A stretch of 63,822 nucleotides of DNA, filler included, from Octopus bimaculoides (Eukaryota), in the NCBI RefSeq assembly GCF_001194135.2. It is 7 parts of 6 records of this genome, joined end to end, with 100 filler letters (N's around TTAATTAATTAA, not from the genome) between each part and the next. Parts side by side here need not be neighbours in the genome. Positions count along the whole stretch, not along the records: positions 19,848 to 40,386 come from NC_069003.1; 6 more parts are not named here. One strand, given 5' to 3'. Under the pieces are notes generated by a model. The model had not been told where the DNA came from. It saw only the letters and a program-made list of their open reading frames with translations, and did not search any database. Below are positions 27,056 through 39,026 of the stretch, piece by piece. How positions within the stretch are numbered: the first letter of the stretch is position 1; the number at the start of each line of letters is the position of its first letter. The translations under genes were made by a program, and so were the position numbers.

Positions 27056-27881
27056 GGTGGACATTGGAATTAGACACTGAGGGAAAATGGCTGTAACTTT
27101 TTTATTTTTTAATTTTGACGATTTTCGTTTTCGATAATGTGTTCTATATGTCACGGTCATGCGATTCCCCCTAAAAAAAATTTTGGACCACCCCCTCCCC
27201 TCCCCCACACACGGGGGATGGGGGCGATTTTCATTTTTGACATTGTGTTCTACATGTCCAGGTCGTACGAATAGCCTTCTCGCAACTTAGATGTGAAAAT
27301 GAACGGCTTACATTTATATTGAAATAGAAAAAGGATCATATGTGGAGTCCCCACCACGAAACTTGATATGCTAGAAATAACAGCNNNNNNNNNNNNNNNN
27401 NNNNNNNNNNNNNNNNNNNNNNNNNNNNNNNNNNNNNNNNNNNNNNNNNNNNNNNNNNNNNNNNNNNNNNNNNNNNNNNNNNNNNNNNNNNNNNNNNNNN
27501 NNNNNNNNNNNNNNNNNNNNNNNNNNNNNNNNNNNNNNNNNNNNNNNNNNNNNNNNNNNNNNNNNNNNNNNNNNNNNNNNNNNNNNNNNNNNNNNNNNNN
27601 NNNNNNNNNNNNNNNNNNNNNNNNNNNNNNNNNNNNNNNNNNNNNNNNNNNNNNNNNNNNNNNNNNNNNNNNNNNNNNNNNNNNNNNNNNNNNNNNNNNN
27701 NNNNNNNNNNNNNNNNNNNNNNNNNNNNNNNNNNNNNNNNNNNGGGGGGTCAAAAAATTTTTTAATGGGGAATTGCATGACCGTGACATATAGAACACAT
27801 TATCGAAAACGAAAATCGCCAAAATTAAAAAATAAAAAAGTTACAGCCATTTTCCCTCAGTGTCTAATTCCAATGTCCACC
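27056..27881. mobile_element. Long-TIR non-autonomous DNA transposon with 8-bp TSD (Merlin- or Mutator-like)
   Basis: About 135-bp TIRs starting GGTGGACATTGGAATTAGACACTGAGGG; AATAACAG duplicated at 27048-27055 and 27882-27889; centre is a gap. Confidence 0.85.
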
Positions 27882-29354
27882 AATAACAGTTAGCGTTCCC
27901 TGTTGCATCTAAAGGGAAAGGAGTCATTTGATAGAGTAGTTCTTGAAACTCTAATGCATTACGACAAACGGTCGTGACTGGGAAATCTTCGATAGTAGGT
28001 TTTGTTCATTCAGAAGCAGCATAATCATACGAGCTAATAAAGAAAAAGAAAGAAAAGAAGCCTCTACTATGTTTGCGAGAAATAACAGTTAGCTTTCCCT
28101 TAAATCATACCATAGAGTGTCAAAAGAGGAAGAACGCATATGTAATGCAGTTGCAGATAGCATTCTGGAAACTGTAAGAGGCAAACTACAAATCTTTCAA
28201 ATCACATCCTCATTGTCTAAGAGGCAGGAGGCAGACATTTGATGTAAAATGGGCTGGGATTTTAACAGCAAGAATACTTTATCTGGATCTGAGTTTAACT
28301 CATAACAATGACATCATCATCATTATTATTATCATCATGAAAAACCAACGAGTGAGCCTGTAGGTGGTCGCTCGACAAGCTAGAAATAAAGGTCAAACAT
28401 TTCCCACAAAGATACTATCATATGCATATTATTCATGCCTATATTTAAATCCCATTTTGTGTGTCTTGTCTCTAGAGTCTGAAAAGGAAAAGGGAAGGAT
28501 GCATTGGATATTGTGCTATCCTAGATACACTATAACTAAAAAAAAAGAAAGAAAAAAACCTGGATGATTCAGTTGGGGTGTCTTTGGTTCTAGGTTTAAC
28601 GGATCACAGCTGCTACGCGATTCTGTGGCACGACCCCACCCGATTCTACGGAATTAAGGACATGGTAGAAATAGCAGCCACATTTCAACAAATCACGCTT
28701 TATTGTCTTAAAAGGACACATTTAACTGACAAAAGGGAGATTGTCAGGGTCGGAACACCTTTCAATACGGCTGACTTGGGGGTTAAGCAATAACAACAAA
28801 CAGACAGACTCACACACACACACACACACATATATGTATGTATATGATTGACAGTACTATATCCGTAGCAGATATTCTGATTTGCATTGGTCTTTGTCTA
28901 GCTGCTTGTATAACTATATACTGACTCGCCCCCCCCCTTCTTCTGTACGCAGACACACACACGTACATTCACGTATATGAAACTACATGTGAAACATTAA
29001 CACACTCATCTCGTTCTCTATCAAAATATTGTTTTTGTAACTGTACACACACAAACACGCACACACACACACATGTATGAAGTGAGTAAATAATACTTTA
29101 CGTCACCGAGGTGAGATGTACTCTTTGAAGTTAATGTGAGTCTGTTACATACATAAACACATATGTTTGAATGTGCAAATGTGAGTTTACGCGTGTTGTA
29201 TGTAGAGAGAAAGAAATGCTTCTTGGGTCGATTTAAAGCATTGTAAAAACGATTTAACATTAAACAAAGAATTACCCGATATTCTTGGTAGAAGGCATAC
29301 TTTTACATGCGGACTTGACGCTCACTTCCAGGTTTCCGACTGCTACCTTTCAAA

Positions 29355-29775
29355 TATATATTACTCTTTACTCTCTTTTACTTGTTTCAGTCATTTGACT
29401 GTGGCCATGCTGGAGCACCACCTTTAGTTGAACAAATCGACCCCAAGACTTATTCTTTGTAAGCCTAGTACTTATTCTATCGGTTTCTTATGCCGAACCG
29501 CTAAGTTACGGGGACGTAAACACACCAGCATCGNNNNNNNNNNNNNNNNNNNNNNNNNNNNNNNNNNNNNNNNNNNNNNNNNNNNNNNNNATATATATAT
29601 ATATATATATACGACGGGCTTCTTTCAGTTTCCGTCTACCAAATCCACTCACAAGGCTTTGGTCGCCCCGAGGCTATAGTAGAAGACACTTGCCCAAGGT
29701 GCCACGCAGTGGGACTGAACCCAAAAACATGTGGTTCGTAAGCAAGCTACTTACCACACAGCCACTCCTACGCCT
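29355..29775 (-). mobile_element. SINE family A, full copy (gap in the microsatellite)
   Basis: Reverse complement of the family consensus seen elsewhere; a second partial 3' end follows at about 29785-29925. Confidence 0.85.
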
Positions 29776-30261
29776 ATTCTTTTATTTTTTACTTATTTCA
29801 GTAATTTAACTGCGGCCATGCTGGAGCACCGCCTTTAAGGGTTTTAGTTGAACAAATCGACCCTAGGACTTATTCTTTGTAAGCGTAGAACTTATTCTAT
29901 TGGCCGACCTGTCTCCGCCCCACCGACACACACGCCCCCACACACACACACACCTGAACCTGATGCTCCAGAATGAACATCACGGCAATCAACACAAAGA
30001 AAACACAATTAACAAAACAAGTCATTCATACACGGAACTAAAAGAACAATATCCTAATGACATTGGAACATTACAATTAAATTTTACTAAACACAACTAC
30101 CGGAACTTAATTAATGACACCCCACAAGCCACGACGAGAGGGTAGGATAAATCTACACCCTCCCCAATCTCCAAAACTCAACCAAGGACAAAACCACACA
30201 AGATACACCGGGAGGGGAGGATAAACCACCACTAATCACCAGGTAAGTAATTCTATTCATC

Positions 30262-31240
30262 ATGGTTGCGTTCAAGCTTGGCAGTGTGAATCTACGTGGC
30301 CTGCGATCGTATGGGAAGCAAGCATGCTTGCTATACGATCTCAGGTCATGGGATTTGGATGTCGTAGTCACCAGTGAAACCAGGCTGACCGGGTCACAAG
30401 CTCTTTCGCCCTTCTTCGATGGTTATGAAATTTACATATCTCCAAGCCAGCCTAGAGGAGGCGGAGGAATTGTGGTTTTATTCCGGAAAGGCCTGGATTT
30501 AGAAATCAAGACAATCTTTGGAACCAGAAGGCGAGCTGGTCGTCCTGGACGCAGCGCATAGCAGTGGTAACGCCTTCAGACTGGTTGCAGTTTATTCCCA
30601 AAACGACTATTTCAGATGCCTAGAGGCTTTCCTTGGGACGTCGCGCACCTTAGTGTTATTAGGGAACTTTAACACAATCCTAGATGCAAGCGTGGCTGTG
30701 TAGTAAATAGCTTGCTTACCAACCACATGGTTCCGGGTTCAGTCCCACTGTGTGGCATCTAGGGCAAGTGTCTTCTACTATAGCCTTGGGCCGACCAAAG
30801 CTTTGTGAGTGGATTTGGTAGACGGAAACTGAAAGAAGCCCGTCGTATATATATATATATATATATACATATGTGTTTGTCCACCCAACATCGCTTGACA
30901 ACCGATGCTGGTTTGTTTACGTCCCCGTCACTTAGTAGTTCGGCAAGAGAAACCGATAAAATAAGTAGTAGGCTTAAAAAGAATAATTCCTGGGGTCGAG
31001 TTGCTCAAATGACTGAAACAAATAAAAGAATGTGGGCTGTGTTGGCTCAACTCCAAACGGAACAGGGAACGCTTGCTTCACTAACCTGCTTAGTCGCTTT
31101 CAACTGGACAGGAAATCGGTCAGGTTGTTGGAGGGGATGTAGGAAGGGACGGTATGCGCAAGTATGTGGGTGGTGTGGATGTGCTCATATGGTTTTGCCT
31201 GCATGTCTGTATCGATGCGAGCGTTACAGTCGAAAGTAAC
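30262..31240 (+). mobile_element. Tx1/L1-like LINE ORF2 endonuclease fragment interrupted by a SINE
   Basis: LGSVNLRGLRS...DVVVTSETRL...GGGGIVVLFRK...FRLVAVYS...LVLLGNFNTILDA (APE motifs); appears to resume after the SINE at about 31030. Confidence 0.75.
30690..31030 (+). mobile_element. SINE family A, full copy inside the LINE fragment
   Basis: Complete head, internal (TA)n and tail. Confidence 0.85.
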
Positions 31241-32405
31241 CATCACATAGAATCACCAAACATCTCCACTACTTAACACCGTCCAAGTTAATCCTCTTCA
31301 CCTTTACAGCGGATATGAAGAGCTACGCAAAAAAGAGAAAAAACTGATTGCTATTAAAACGCGTAAAATTTGGGGGTTAATAATCTTAATCTTTAGTTAC
31401 AGTTTCTCATTCAAACTACATAATAGTCAGAATTGTCGGATTAAGACAGTAGGGCGTTTTGGAGGTCTAGCTACCACGTAGAGGTCTCCCTCATTGGTTC
31501 ATACATACATATATACATAAAATCGAAATAAAATACTTAAAGTAATAGTCGTCAAATACAAAAGCCAAGGTCCATGCAGTGTCATGGGCCAAATAAATTT
31601 CCAACTTCTTGCCTAATGCGATCCCAGTACAATCTATAATATCTTACACTATTTCAGTATTACGTCTCTATTGTAATGTAAGATAATACTTTCAGTTTGA
31701 AAGAAGTCTGTCATAGATATATATATNNNNNNNNNNNNNNNNNNNNNNNNNNNNNNNNNNNNNNNNNNNNNNNNNNNNNNNNNNNNNNNNNNNNNNNNNN
31801 NNNNNNNNNNNNNNNNNNNNNNNNNNNNNNNNNNNNNNNNNNNNNNNNNNNNNNNNNNNNNNNNNNNNNNNNNNNNNNNNNNNNNNNNNNNNNNNNNNNN
31901 NNNNNNNNNNNNNNNNNNNNNNNNNNNNNNNNNNNNNNNNNNNNNNNNNNNNNNNNNNNNNNNNNNNNNNNNNNNNNNNNNNNNNNNNNNNNNNNNNNNN
32001 NNNNNNNNNNNNNNNNNNNNNNNNNNNNNNNNNNNNNNNNNNNNNNNNNNNNNNNNNNNNNNNNNNNNNNNNNNNNNNNNNNNNNNNNNNNNNNNNNNNN
32101 NNNNNNNNNNNNNNNNNNNNNNNNNNNNNNNNNNNNNNNNNNNNNNNNNNNNNNNNNNNNNNNNNNNNNNNNNNNNNNNNNNNNNNNNNNNNNNNNNNNN
32201 NNNNNNNNNNNNNNNNNNNNNNNNNNNNNNNNNNNNNNNNNNNNNNNNNNNNNNNNNNNNNNNNNNNNNNNNNNNNNNNNNNNNNNNNNNNNNNNNNNNN
32301 NNNNNNNNNNNNNNNNNNNNNNNNNNNNNNNNNNNNNNNNNNNNNNNNAGATCAGCAAATGCATGTTGCAGCACTTAATGTTAGATCAATTAAATCAATG
32401 TTTTA

Positions 32406-33225
32406 ATGATTAGACAGAGATCCAATAGAATAACTTTCAGAAACAGACTACGTACAAATTCGTTCTTCACAACTCCTGAAGCTGCTTTTAGATATGATCC
32501 ATCCCATTCTTATAAAAATGATAACTCTGTCCAAATTGGTGTGCTAAACACAAATTGTCGTTTAAGTAGAGCTTTAAAATTTTCAAATGAAACAAATGGT
32601 ATGTGCTGCTCAGGAGGTCAGGTAACATTGCCTGCACTATTAGCTCCTTCTCAATCTCTTATGGATTTTCTAGAAGGTATTTCCATCCAGTCAAAGGATT
32701 TATTGAACAATATCAGACAATACAACTCTGCATTTCAAATGACATCGTTTGGTGCATCTAAGAAGGTAGATAAACATGAATTTACGCCGACGTCAAAGTT
32801 CAAGGGCAAGTCTATCACCTCATTGGCTCCCTGTTACCCACAAATGAATAACCACAGTTCCCCCAAATTTACTTTATGAGTGATGTAAGACAACGAACCC
32901 GAAGAAGGTGTCAAAATTTCAGATGATGGGTCGTGTTAGACAGAACACTGACTGCTGCAATAGAGAGTATATCTACTGACACCTTTTCGGTGCGTTCAAC
33001 AATCACATAACCCCCTACCCCCAATTTTCCATGACAGGTTAGGGCCCGAAATACTCCAAACGGACGCATAGCATGTTACTTAGTCGAATTAGCCCATCAT
33101 TTACTCCACAAATGTTTTGTTGTCAATGCTGCACTTTCCCATATCACCTGTTTCAACATAATTGTAATATATTATATACAAACTATGCCATTTTAATCCC
33201 GAGCAATGCCGGGTATCTCTGCTTG
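32406..33225 (+). mobile_element. Helitron derivative: Rep-helicase N-terminal fragment plus 3' hairpin terminus
   Basis: AAFRYDP..VQIG..CRLSRALKF..ETNGMCCSGGQVTLP...NIRQYNSAFQMTSFGA, then frameshifted FKVQGQVYHLIGSLLP; hairpin CCCGAGCAATGCCGGG (33198-33213) followed by CTTG (33222-33225, CTAG-like). Confidence 0.85.
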
Positions 33226-34514
33226 CATATGAGTAAATTTGTTTCTTTGTACGTTGACTGTTGAAAACAAATAAAATTGATAATATTTCAGGATTTTTGT
33301 ATCATTTCAATTAATTTCACCAGTTCGCAGATAATCGTGCACTTATTTTCCGAAACTTCGTACTGTCTATTTCAGCCTAATGCATTTTATAGATAGGGCA
33401 TATCTACACAAGAGCGCCCCACCGAATGTATTGTTTTCATAACTTTAAAGAAAATGGATATTTTTAAATAAAATTTTCTTCAAATTTGCTTCTAATGGTG
33501 TAGATTCCAATCATATCGGATTTTGTAATATTAACAATATTCTTCATTCAGAAAAGGGGAGGGGGGCCCATCACAGTTACAGATAAACACATTCCAGCCG
33601 TTTTAATATTTAGAAAGGCACCCACTTGGGGTCGCAAAAAAATTCTTCTTTTCATGCGTTTCTTTTTATCTTTCCAAGCATCAAATTCATTGCACAGCTG
33701 ATAGAAGTTTATTTTCTGACTATGGCCTGATCTGCTGATAGCCTCTAAAATAATACCCGTTCAGATAAACTGGCAACAGTAATCCGAAAGACAGAAATCA
33801 AATGTTTCTGAGGTCAAAAGGTCTCCACCAGTTTATGCCAAGACGCATTTTCCCATCGCTACAAATTCATCTTATCCGCAAAACACTTTCACATTAATCT
33901 ACTATTGGAACATCACTTCTCTTACATGTAATATGAATACAAGTAATCGTATTTTCGATTGGTAAAATGAAATTTGGTGATATATTGTAAATAAATGTTA
34001 AAAATTACGCTATGCAATATTGAAATGCGCGTGTGAATGGGTGTAAGATTTTTCTTTGTCTCGTGTTTATGTGTGAGCGCAGGTGTTTTCTACGAATGTG
34101 TCATCACTACAACTTCTCTTGAATACGCCCCAAGAGTCCATCACCAACCACCTGGGCATTTGGACACAACAAAACCCTAAGTCAATGTGTGTGTGTGTAC
34201 TTATGTCTATGTATATGTGTCTGCGTCTGTTTATCTATGTGTGTTGAGACACTGCTGGTGTTCGTTATTAATACTACAATGGCTCTCTTAACATACGTAC
34301 GACACACACACCCATATACAGGCATGTACACACGAAATTATCTGTGTACGTCTGTCTTTCCATCTGTATTTGTGTGTTTAGACGTTAGATGTGTTCCTTA
34401 TTAATACTAAAATAGCTTTAACAAACGTTAAGTTAATAAATACTTCTAAAAGACTCCTGCATTTTCAAATTCTTTTCCTTATATTTTAACTCATCCAGTA
34501 ACCACCCCCAAATT

Positions 34515-34700
34515 TACAGAAAACAAAAGACGAAGACAAGTGAAGGAACACCGAGCAGGTGCATCAGTTTGGCGCTTGGGAAAAATGGAAAAGTTTTTGA
34601 CATTTCACACCTACACTTTTCGATGGAAACAAAAAAGGAGATGGAAGAAGAAAAACAGAGAGAGAAAAAAATGTGTAGGGAATAAGGGTTGAACATGATG
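34515..34700 (-). mobile_element. Diverged Penelope-like repeat fragment (same family as 43008-43225)
   Basis: Shares AAAACAAAAGACGAAGACA and a decayed AAAG..TT.AC.TTTC...CCTAC.CT.TTC block with 43020-43125. Confidence 0.5.
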
Positions 34701-34829
34701 AAATGGTTGAAAGAAAGAGGCCGAGTGTGTGTGTGTGTGCCATCAGGTCGGATGTGTACTATGACACACTGGACAAATTCAATACAGCGATCCACCACAA
34801 GCGTCCAGTACTTGCTATTTGTAAGGTCG

Positions 34830-34995
34830 TTGTCTTTCATCATGCTAGACTGCACACTTTGTAGATATAACAGAAGTTACTGGGATTTAACTGGAAAGTT
34901 CTGCCGTACCCTCAATATTCGCCCGACCTTGCACCTCCAGACATCTACTTGTTTTAACCTCTTCAAAATACATTAAATGGACAGACTTCAACTGT
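34830..34995 (+). mobile_element. Mariner transposase C-terminal fragment
   Basis: VFHH(DN)ARLHT...WKVLPYPQYSPDLAPPDIYLF*PLQNTLNG; YSPDLAP is the mariner signature. Confidence 0.8.
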
Positions 34996-35789
34996 AAGTG
35001 GGATGTAATGTTCATAGCTTCATTTTCATTGTAAGGGAGATAACTCTTTCTCAAATAGTTTTATATTGAAAGTTCATGAAGCAGTCCTTTATGGTGCCTC
35101 TGTTGATGCTGTTGTTCTCGTTCTTTCTTTGTCTTATTTAACTTCTGGTCAACCTTTATTGAGCAAATTTATCGTTAACGACATTCCAGCCGTGGAGCTC
35201 ACTCTTTCTGGCAGACTTCGTTTATCTTGTAGCTGATGTATTGAGGAAACTGAGATATTCAGCATGGTTATTCCTTAAAAAAGTTAGGCGGCTATATTAG
35301 AAATTTGATTGTTATTTCTAGCAGGCTGAGGTACCACGTTGAAGGTCTGTTGTTGCCTTGTCTGAGATTTAAAGAGTAGAAGTGCAGAAATTTTTTTTTT
35401 TTTTTTCACTTATAACAGACGCTACCAGACGATTTCTTTGACCGTACTCATTTGGTTACCAGACGATTTCTTTGACTGTACTCATTTGGTTAGTCTAAAC
35501 TAGGCTGCGATCAATGAGTTTAGGCTGCTGCATATTTAATTTTTTTCAATCAATATACATTACTGAAAGGGTAAAATATTTTATGCGATTTCAATAAAAG
35601 TACGTTTTAACTGAAACTTTTCTTCTTTATACACGTACACACGCGCACATATGCACACATCTGTCTATACATACATACACAGACAGACATGTACATCTTC
35701 ACCTATGAAAATGAATGTATGCAAATGTGTATGTATGCATGCGTGCATGTATGTGAGTACATACATGTGTGCGTGAGTATGTATACATT

Positions 35790-36170
35790 GTATGAGTGGG
35801 CAGCGAGCTCCTCAAGAAGCACTCTCTCCCTGATGATTCCCGACACAGCCCCAAAACACCTGGGCTCTCTTACCTCAGAGAAGACCTGGATGGAAAGCAC
35901 TCAGCATATAAAAAAAAAGACCATGTATGGGTATTGTTGCCTGGAAGCTTGAAGAAGACAGTAGGATTGATATGAAGCGCAGCCTCTTTTGGACACAAGA
36001 CCACTACATCACACTCTGAATCCAGGAACAGGAGATTGTCACAAAGTACCTGGTGAAAAAGGGAGACAGTGATGCTCTCGTAATCCCAAGGTGCAACCAC
36101 ATGTGTAGGCTATGTCATGTTTCTGAGGAAGACACCACATGTGATTAGCAGCTGTCCTAAAATGGTGTCA
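35790..36170 (+). mobile_element. R4/Dong-like LINE fragment (post-RT zinc-knuckle region)
   Basis: IQEQEIVTKYL...CNHMCRLCHVSEE..HVISSCPKM, CCHC-like. Confidence 0.6.
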
Positions 36171-36239
36171 TGGTGTGTTGGTTGAGCTGTTGATGCACAT
36201 GCCCACTTATGTGCATCCATTCACCTAAAGAACCTCAAA

Positions 36240-36800
36240 TGGAGAATATTTGGAATGTTACACAAATCTTCACTGTGCCATTAATGGATTGGATTTGGAG
36301 AATCTGCATCAATTTCCTTTACTCTTTTTCCTTAAAATCAAGTATTTCTAGATTTTCGTGTAAATTTGTTGGTACATAAGCTGATGCATCTATGATGATA
36401 GGTACATATAAGAACTCATAGTCAGGGTACAAGAGCACTAAGTTTTGCATTAATTCACCATATATGTGCTCTTTTTCCGGGACTTTTGATGGTACATTTA
36501 CATCCACTAGGGATCTGACCTCTTCAGCAGTTTATAATTTTTGTTCCCTGTCCGACAGAACAATATCCAGTCTGTTCTGTTTGCACTAAATTGCTGTTTT
36601 TATTGGAGCATTCCAAAAGTATTCCTTGTTTTTAAATGTGCATCTATGTACATATGTTTTGAATCTTTTTTTTTTAAGTCAAAACACCACAAGTTATTGG
36701 AAATAATATGTAAGTCAATGATTTGTGCTTTTATCTTGTATTTCAATATTTTGGATAGGACCTCCTTTTCAATAAGTCTTTGGGGAAATGGTTTTGGGAA
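36240..36800 (-). mobile_element. R4/Dong-like LINE RLE region and 3' coding end
   Basis: DVNVPSKVPEKEHIYGELMQNLVLLYPDYEF..PIII...LEILDFKEKE*RKLMQILQIQSINGTVKIC, homologous to 52391-52620. Confidence 0.7.
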
Positions 36801-37100
36801 TTGCCTACATCCATCCATACATATATAAATGAACACACACACACACACACACACATATATGCAGCTTTACACTTTCACACATACACATCCACACACATAA
36901 ATGCATTTTTGTGTTCACCTCTATCGACCTACATATTATTGTCAATGTATGTATTTTTATTTATGTATTTATCTGTTGCTTTTTTATTATTTGTTGTTTA
37001 ATATTTTTATTTTCAGTTTCTCATCAATTATCTGAGTGATCTTGAAGAAACACTTCTTTTGATGAACAATGTGAAGAATTATGCTGAGAAAACTATCTTG

Positions 37101-37110
37101 CTTTCTGCAG
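37101..37110 (+). promoter_or_regulatory. Putative 3' splice acceptor (CTTTCTGCAG) upstream of the glycosyltransferase CDS
   Basis: Pyrimidine tract plus CAG ending 49 nt before the ATG; implies an upstream non-coding exon. Confidence 0.5.
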
Positions 37111-37159
37111 AATGACATTAACCTTCGAGGCTCTATTTTTACCCATGTGATTTGATAAG

Positions 37160-38293
37160 ATGAAAATACTAACAATGTATTTGAAAATTATTTCATCTCT
37201 CCGATTTGGAATCCAGAACATTGTCCCTTTTTTCTGTTTGTTTGTTATGGTGGGATTCATGTTAATGAATTCACATTTTCCCGGAGAATCAACCAAACTA
37301 AGGCTTGGCAACCAACATGTGGTGATGAAGGCAAAGTTTCATCCTCGATGGAACAGAACTATTTCCTGGAATCTTGAAGAGTTGTTTGTCAAGGATGTCT
37401 TCATGCCTTCTTGTTGCAATCCCTGCTTGTTTGTCATTCTGATTATTTCAGCTCCTCGCAATGTCGAAAAGCGCATGGCAATTCGCCAGACTTGGTGTCA
37501 GCCACCAAATTCATCGATGCATACAGGGGATTGGATTGGTTTAAAACTTGATGCTAGTACTAGAAATGTTAGGGGTAATGGGGATCATATCGGTGATTCA
37601 AGGAGATGGCAGTGTGTCTTTCTTATTGGCAGGACAAGCGATGCAAAAACAGAGTTAGCAATCCAGCAAGAAATGAAAACCCACAAAGACATTCTGTTGG
37701 GTAGTTATATTGATACATACCGTAATCTAACATTAAAGGTATTCCATGGTTTCTATTGGGTTCACAACAGTTGCAAACCTAATTTTGTATTAAAGACAGA
37801 TGATGACTGTTTTGTAAATACAGGTCTTATCTATCATTTACTCACTCATTCCAACAATGAGTTGGTGAAGAAGAAGCTTTATGTTGGTGACATCAACTTG
37901 ACTCTACAAAAGAGAATTGTATTGCGACATACTGCCAGCAAATGGAAAGTAAAGAAGACTGAGTATAATGAACCATACTACCCACCTTATGCTAGTGGTT
38001 TGGGCTATATACTGTCAGCTGATGTCATTGCTGAAATGCTGGACATCAGTAAATATTTCACACCATTTCCAAATGAGGATGCTTTTGTTGGAATGGTTTT
38101 GAACTTCTTGGGTATAACTCCAATTAACAGCCAGCGATTTACAAGCCTGCCTTCAGGTTGGACAATATGTAACTTTCTCTATCTTTTGGTCATTCATAAT
38201 ATTGCAGCAGCATCACAGAAAACTCTTCAGAATAAAACAAATCATGCTCCTTTGATGTGTAAAAGGCAACATTTCATCACCACATGGAACTGA
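37160..38293 (+). CDS. Beta-1,3-galactosyltransferase-like protein (GT31 / Galactosyl_T family), intronless CDS, 377 aa
   Basis: Uninterrupted ORF; N-terminal hydrophobic anchor (IVPFFCLFVMVGFMLM); motifs LIISAP.N..KR.AIRQTW, VFLIG, DILLGSYIDTYRNLTLK, FVLKTDDDCFVN (DxD), YPPYASGLGYILSADV, EDAFVG. Exact orthologue not determinable here. Confidence 0.93.
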   Translation: MKILTMYLKIISSLRFGIQNIVPFFCLFVMVGFMLMNSHFPGESTKLRLGNQHVVMKAKFHPRWNRTISWNLEELFVKDVFMPSCCNPCLFVILIISAPRNVEKRMAIRQTWCQPPNSSMHTGDWIGLKLDASTRNVRGNGDHIGDSRRWQCVFLIGRTSDAKTELAIQQEMKTHKDILLGSYIDTYRNLTLKVFHGFYWVHNSCKPNFVLKTDDDCFVNTGLIYHLLTHSNNELVKKKLYVGDINLTLQKRIVLRHTASKWKVKKTEYNEPYYPPYASGLGYILSADVIAEMLDISKYFTPFPNEDAFVGMVLNFLGITPINSQRFTSLPSGWTICNFLYLLVIHNIAAASQKTLQNKTNHAPLMCKRQHFITTWN

Positions 38294-38953
38294 GGTTTCT
38301 CAAAACAAGACATGTTTATTTTTTTTTTTTCTTTTAATCTCTTATTTGAAATTTCAATAGGATAAAATTAAGATATTTTCATTTAGGGGAGCTGAGGAAC
38401 AAAATAGTTAAGGCTTGGGAAAACTTTAAACATTTTAATTTAATTTGAGTCATACGAATTCCAATTTCATTTATTTAAAAATAATTCTCATTTAGTTTTC
38501 CAGAACCTTTCAACTGATTTATGAAAACATTTCAAGTTTTATCTGTTTTCAATTTCCATGTAAATGAAAAACTCAATCCCTTGTTGCAACCAGAGCTAGA
38601 GTCGTCTGCCAGTTTGGCATGTGGCTTCAAAATATCGAGAGGTTTTGTAACTGGCATAGGGTTTTTGGGAGGGGTCTCACGAATAGAAGGACATTGAGCC
38701 TCTTTCATCTAAATTCAGCATTTGTTCCAATACTCACGCAAAACACTTGAATCAAATTTGTCAATCGTTGCTAGAAAGAGGACAGATAAGACAAGTTCAA
38801 TTCCACTGTGTGGCACTGTAGGCAAGGGTTTATTGCCATAACTTCAGAACAACTCTTGCTCCACTCTTACATAACTGTACTGACAACAGTTACGCGGATG
38901 AATTCACACATTCATACATCCCTGTCTACATGATTCATTCTCTACTCCCTTAC

Positions 38954-38957
<4 letters not shown>

Positions 38958-39023
<66 letters not shown>
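38958..39023. repeat. (TA)n microsatellite
   Basis: Directly visible. Confidence 0.95.
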
Positions 39024-39024
<1 letters not shown>

Positions 39025-39026
<2 letters not shown>

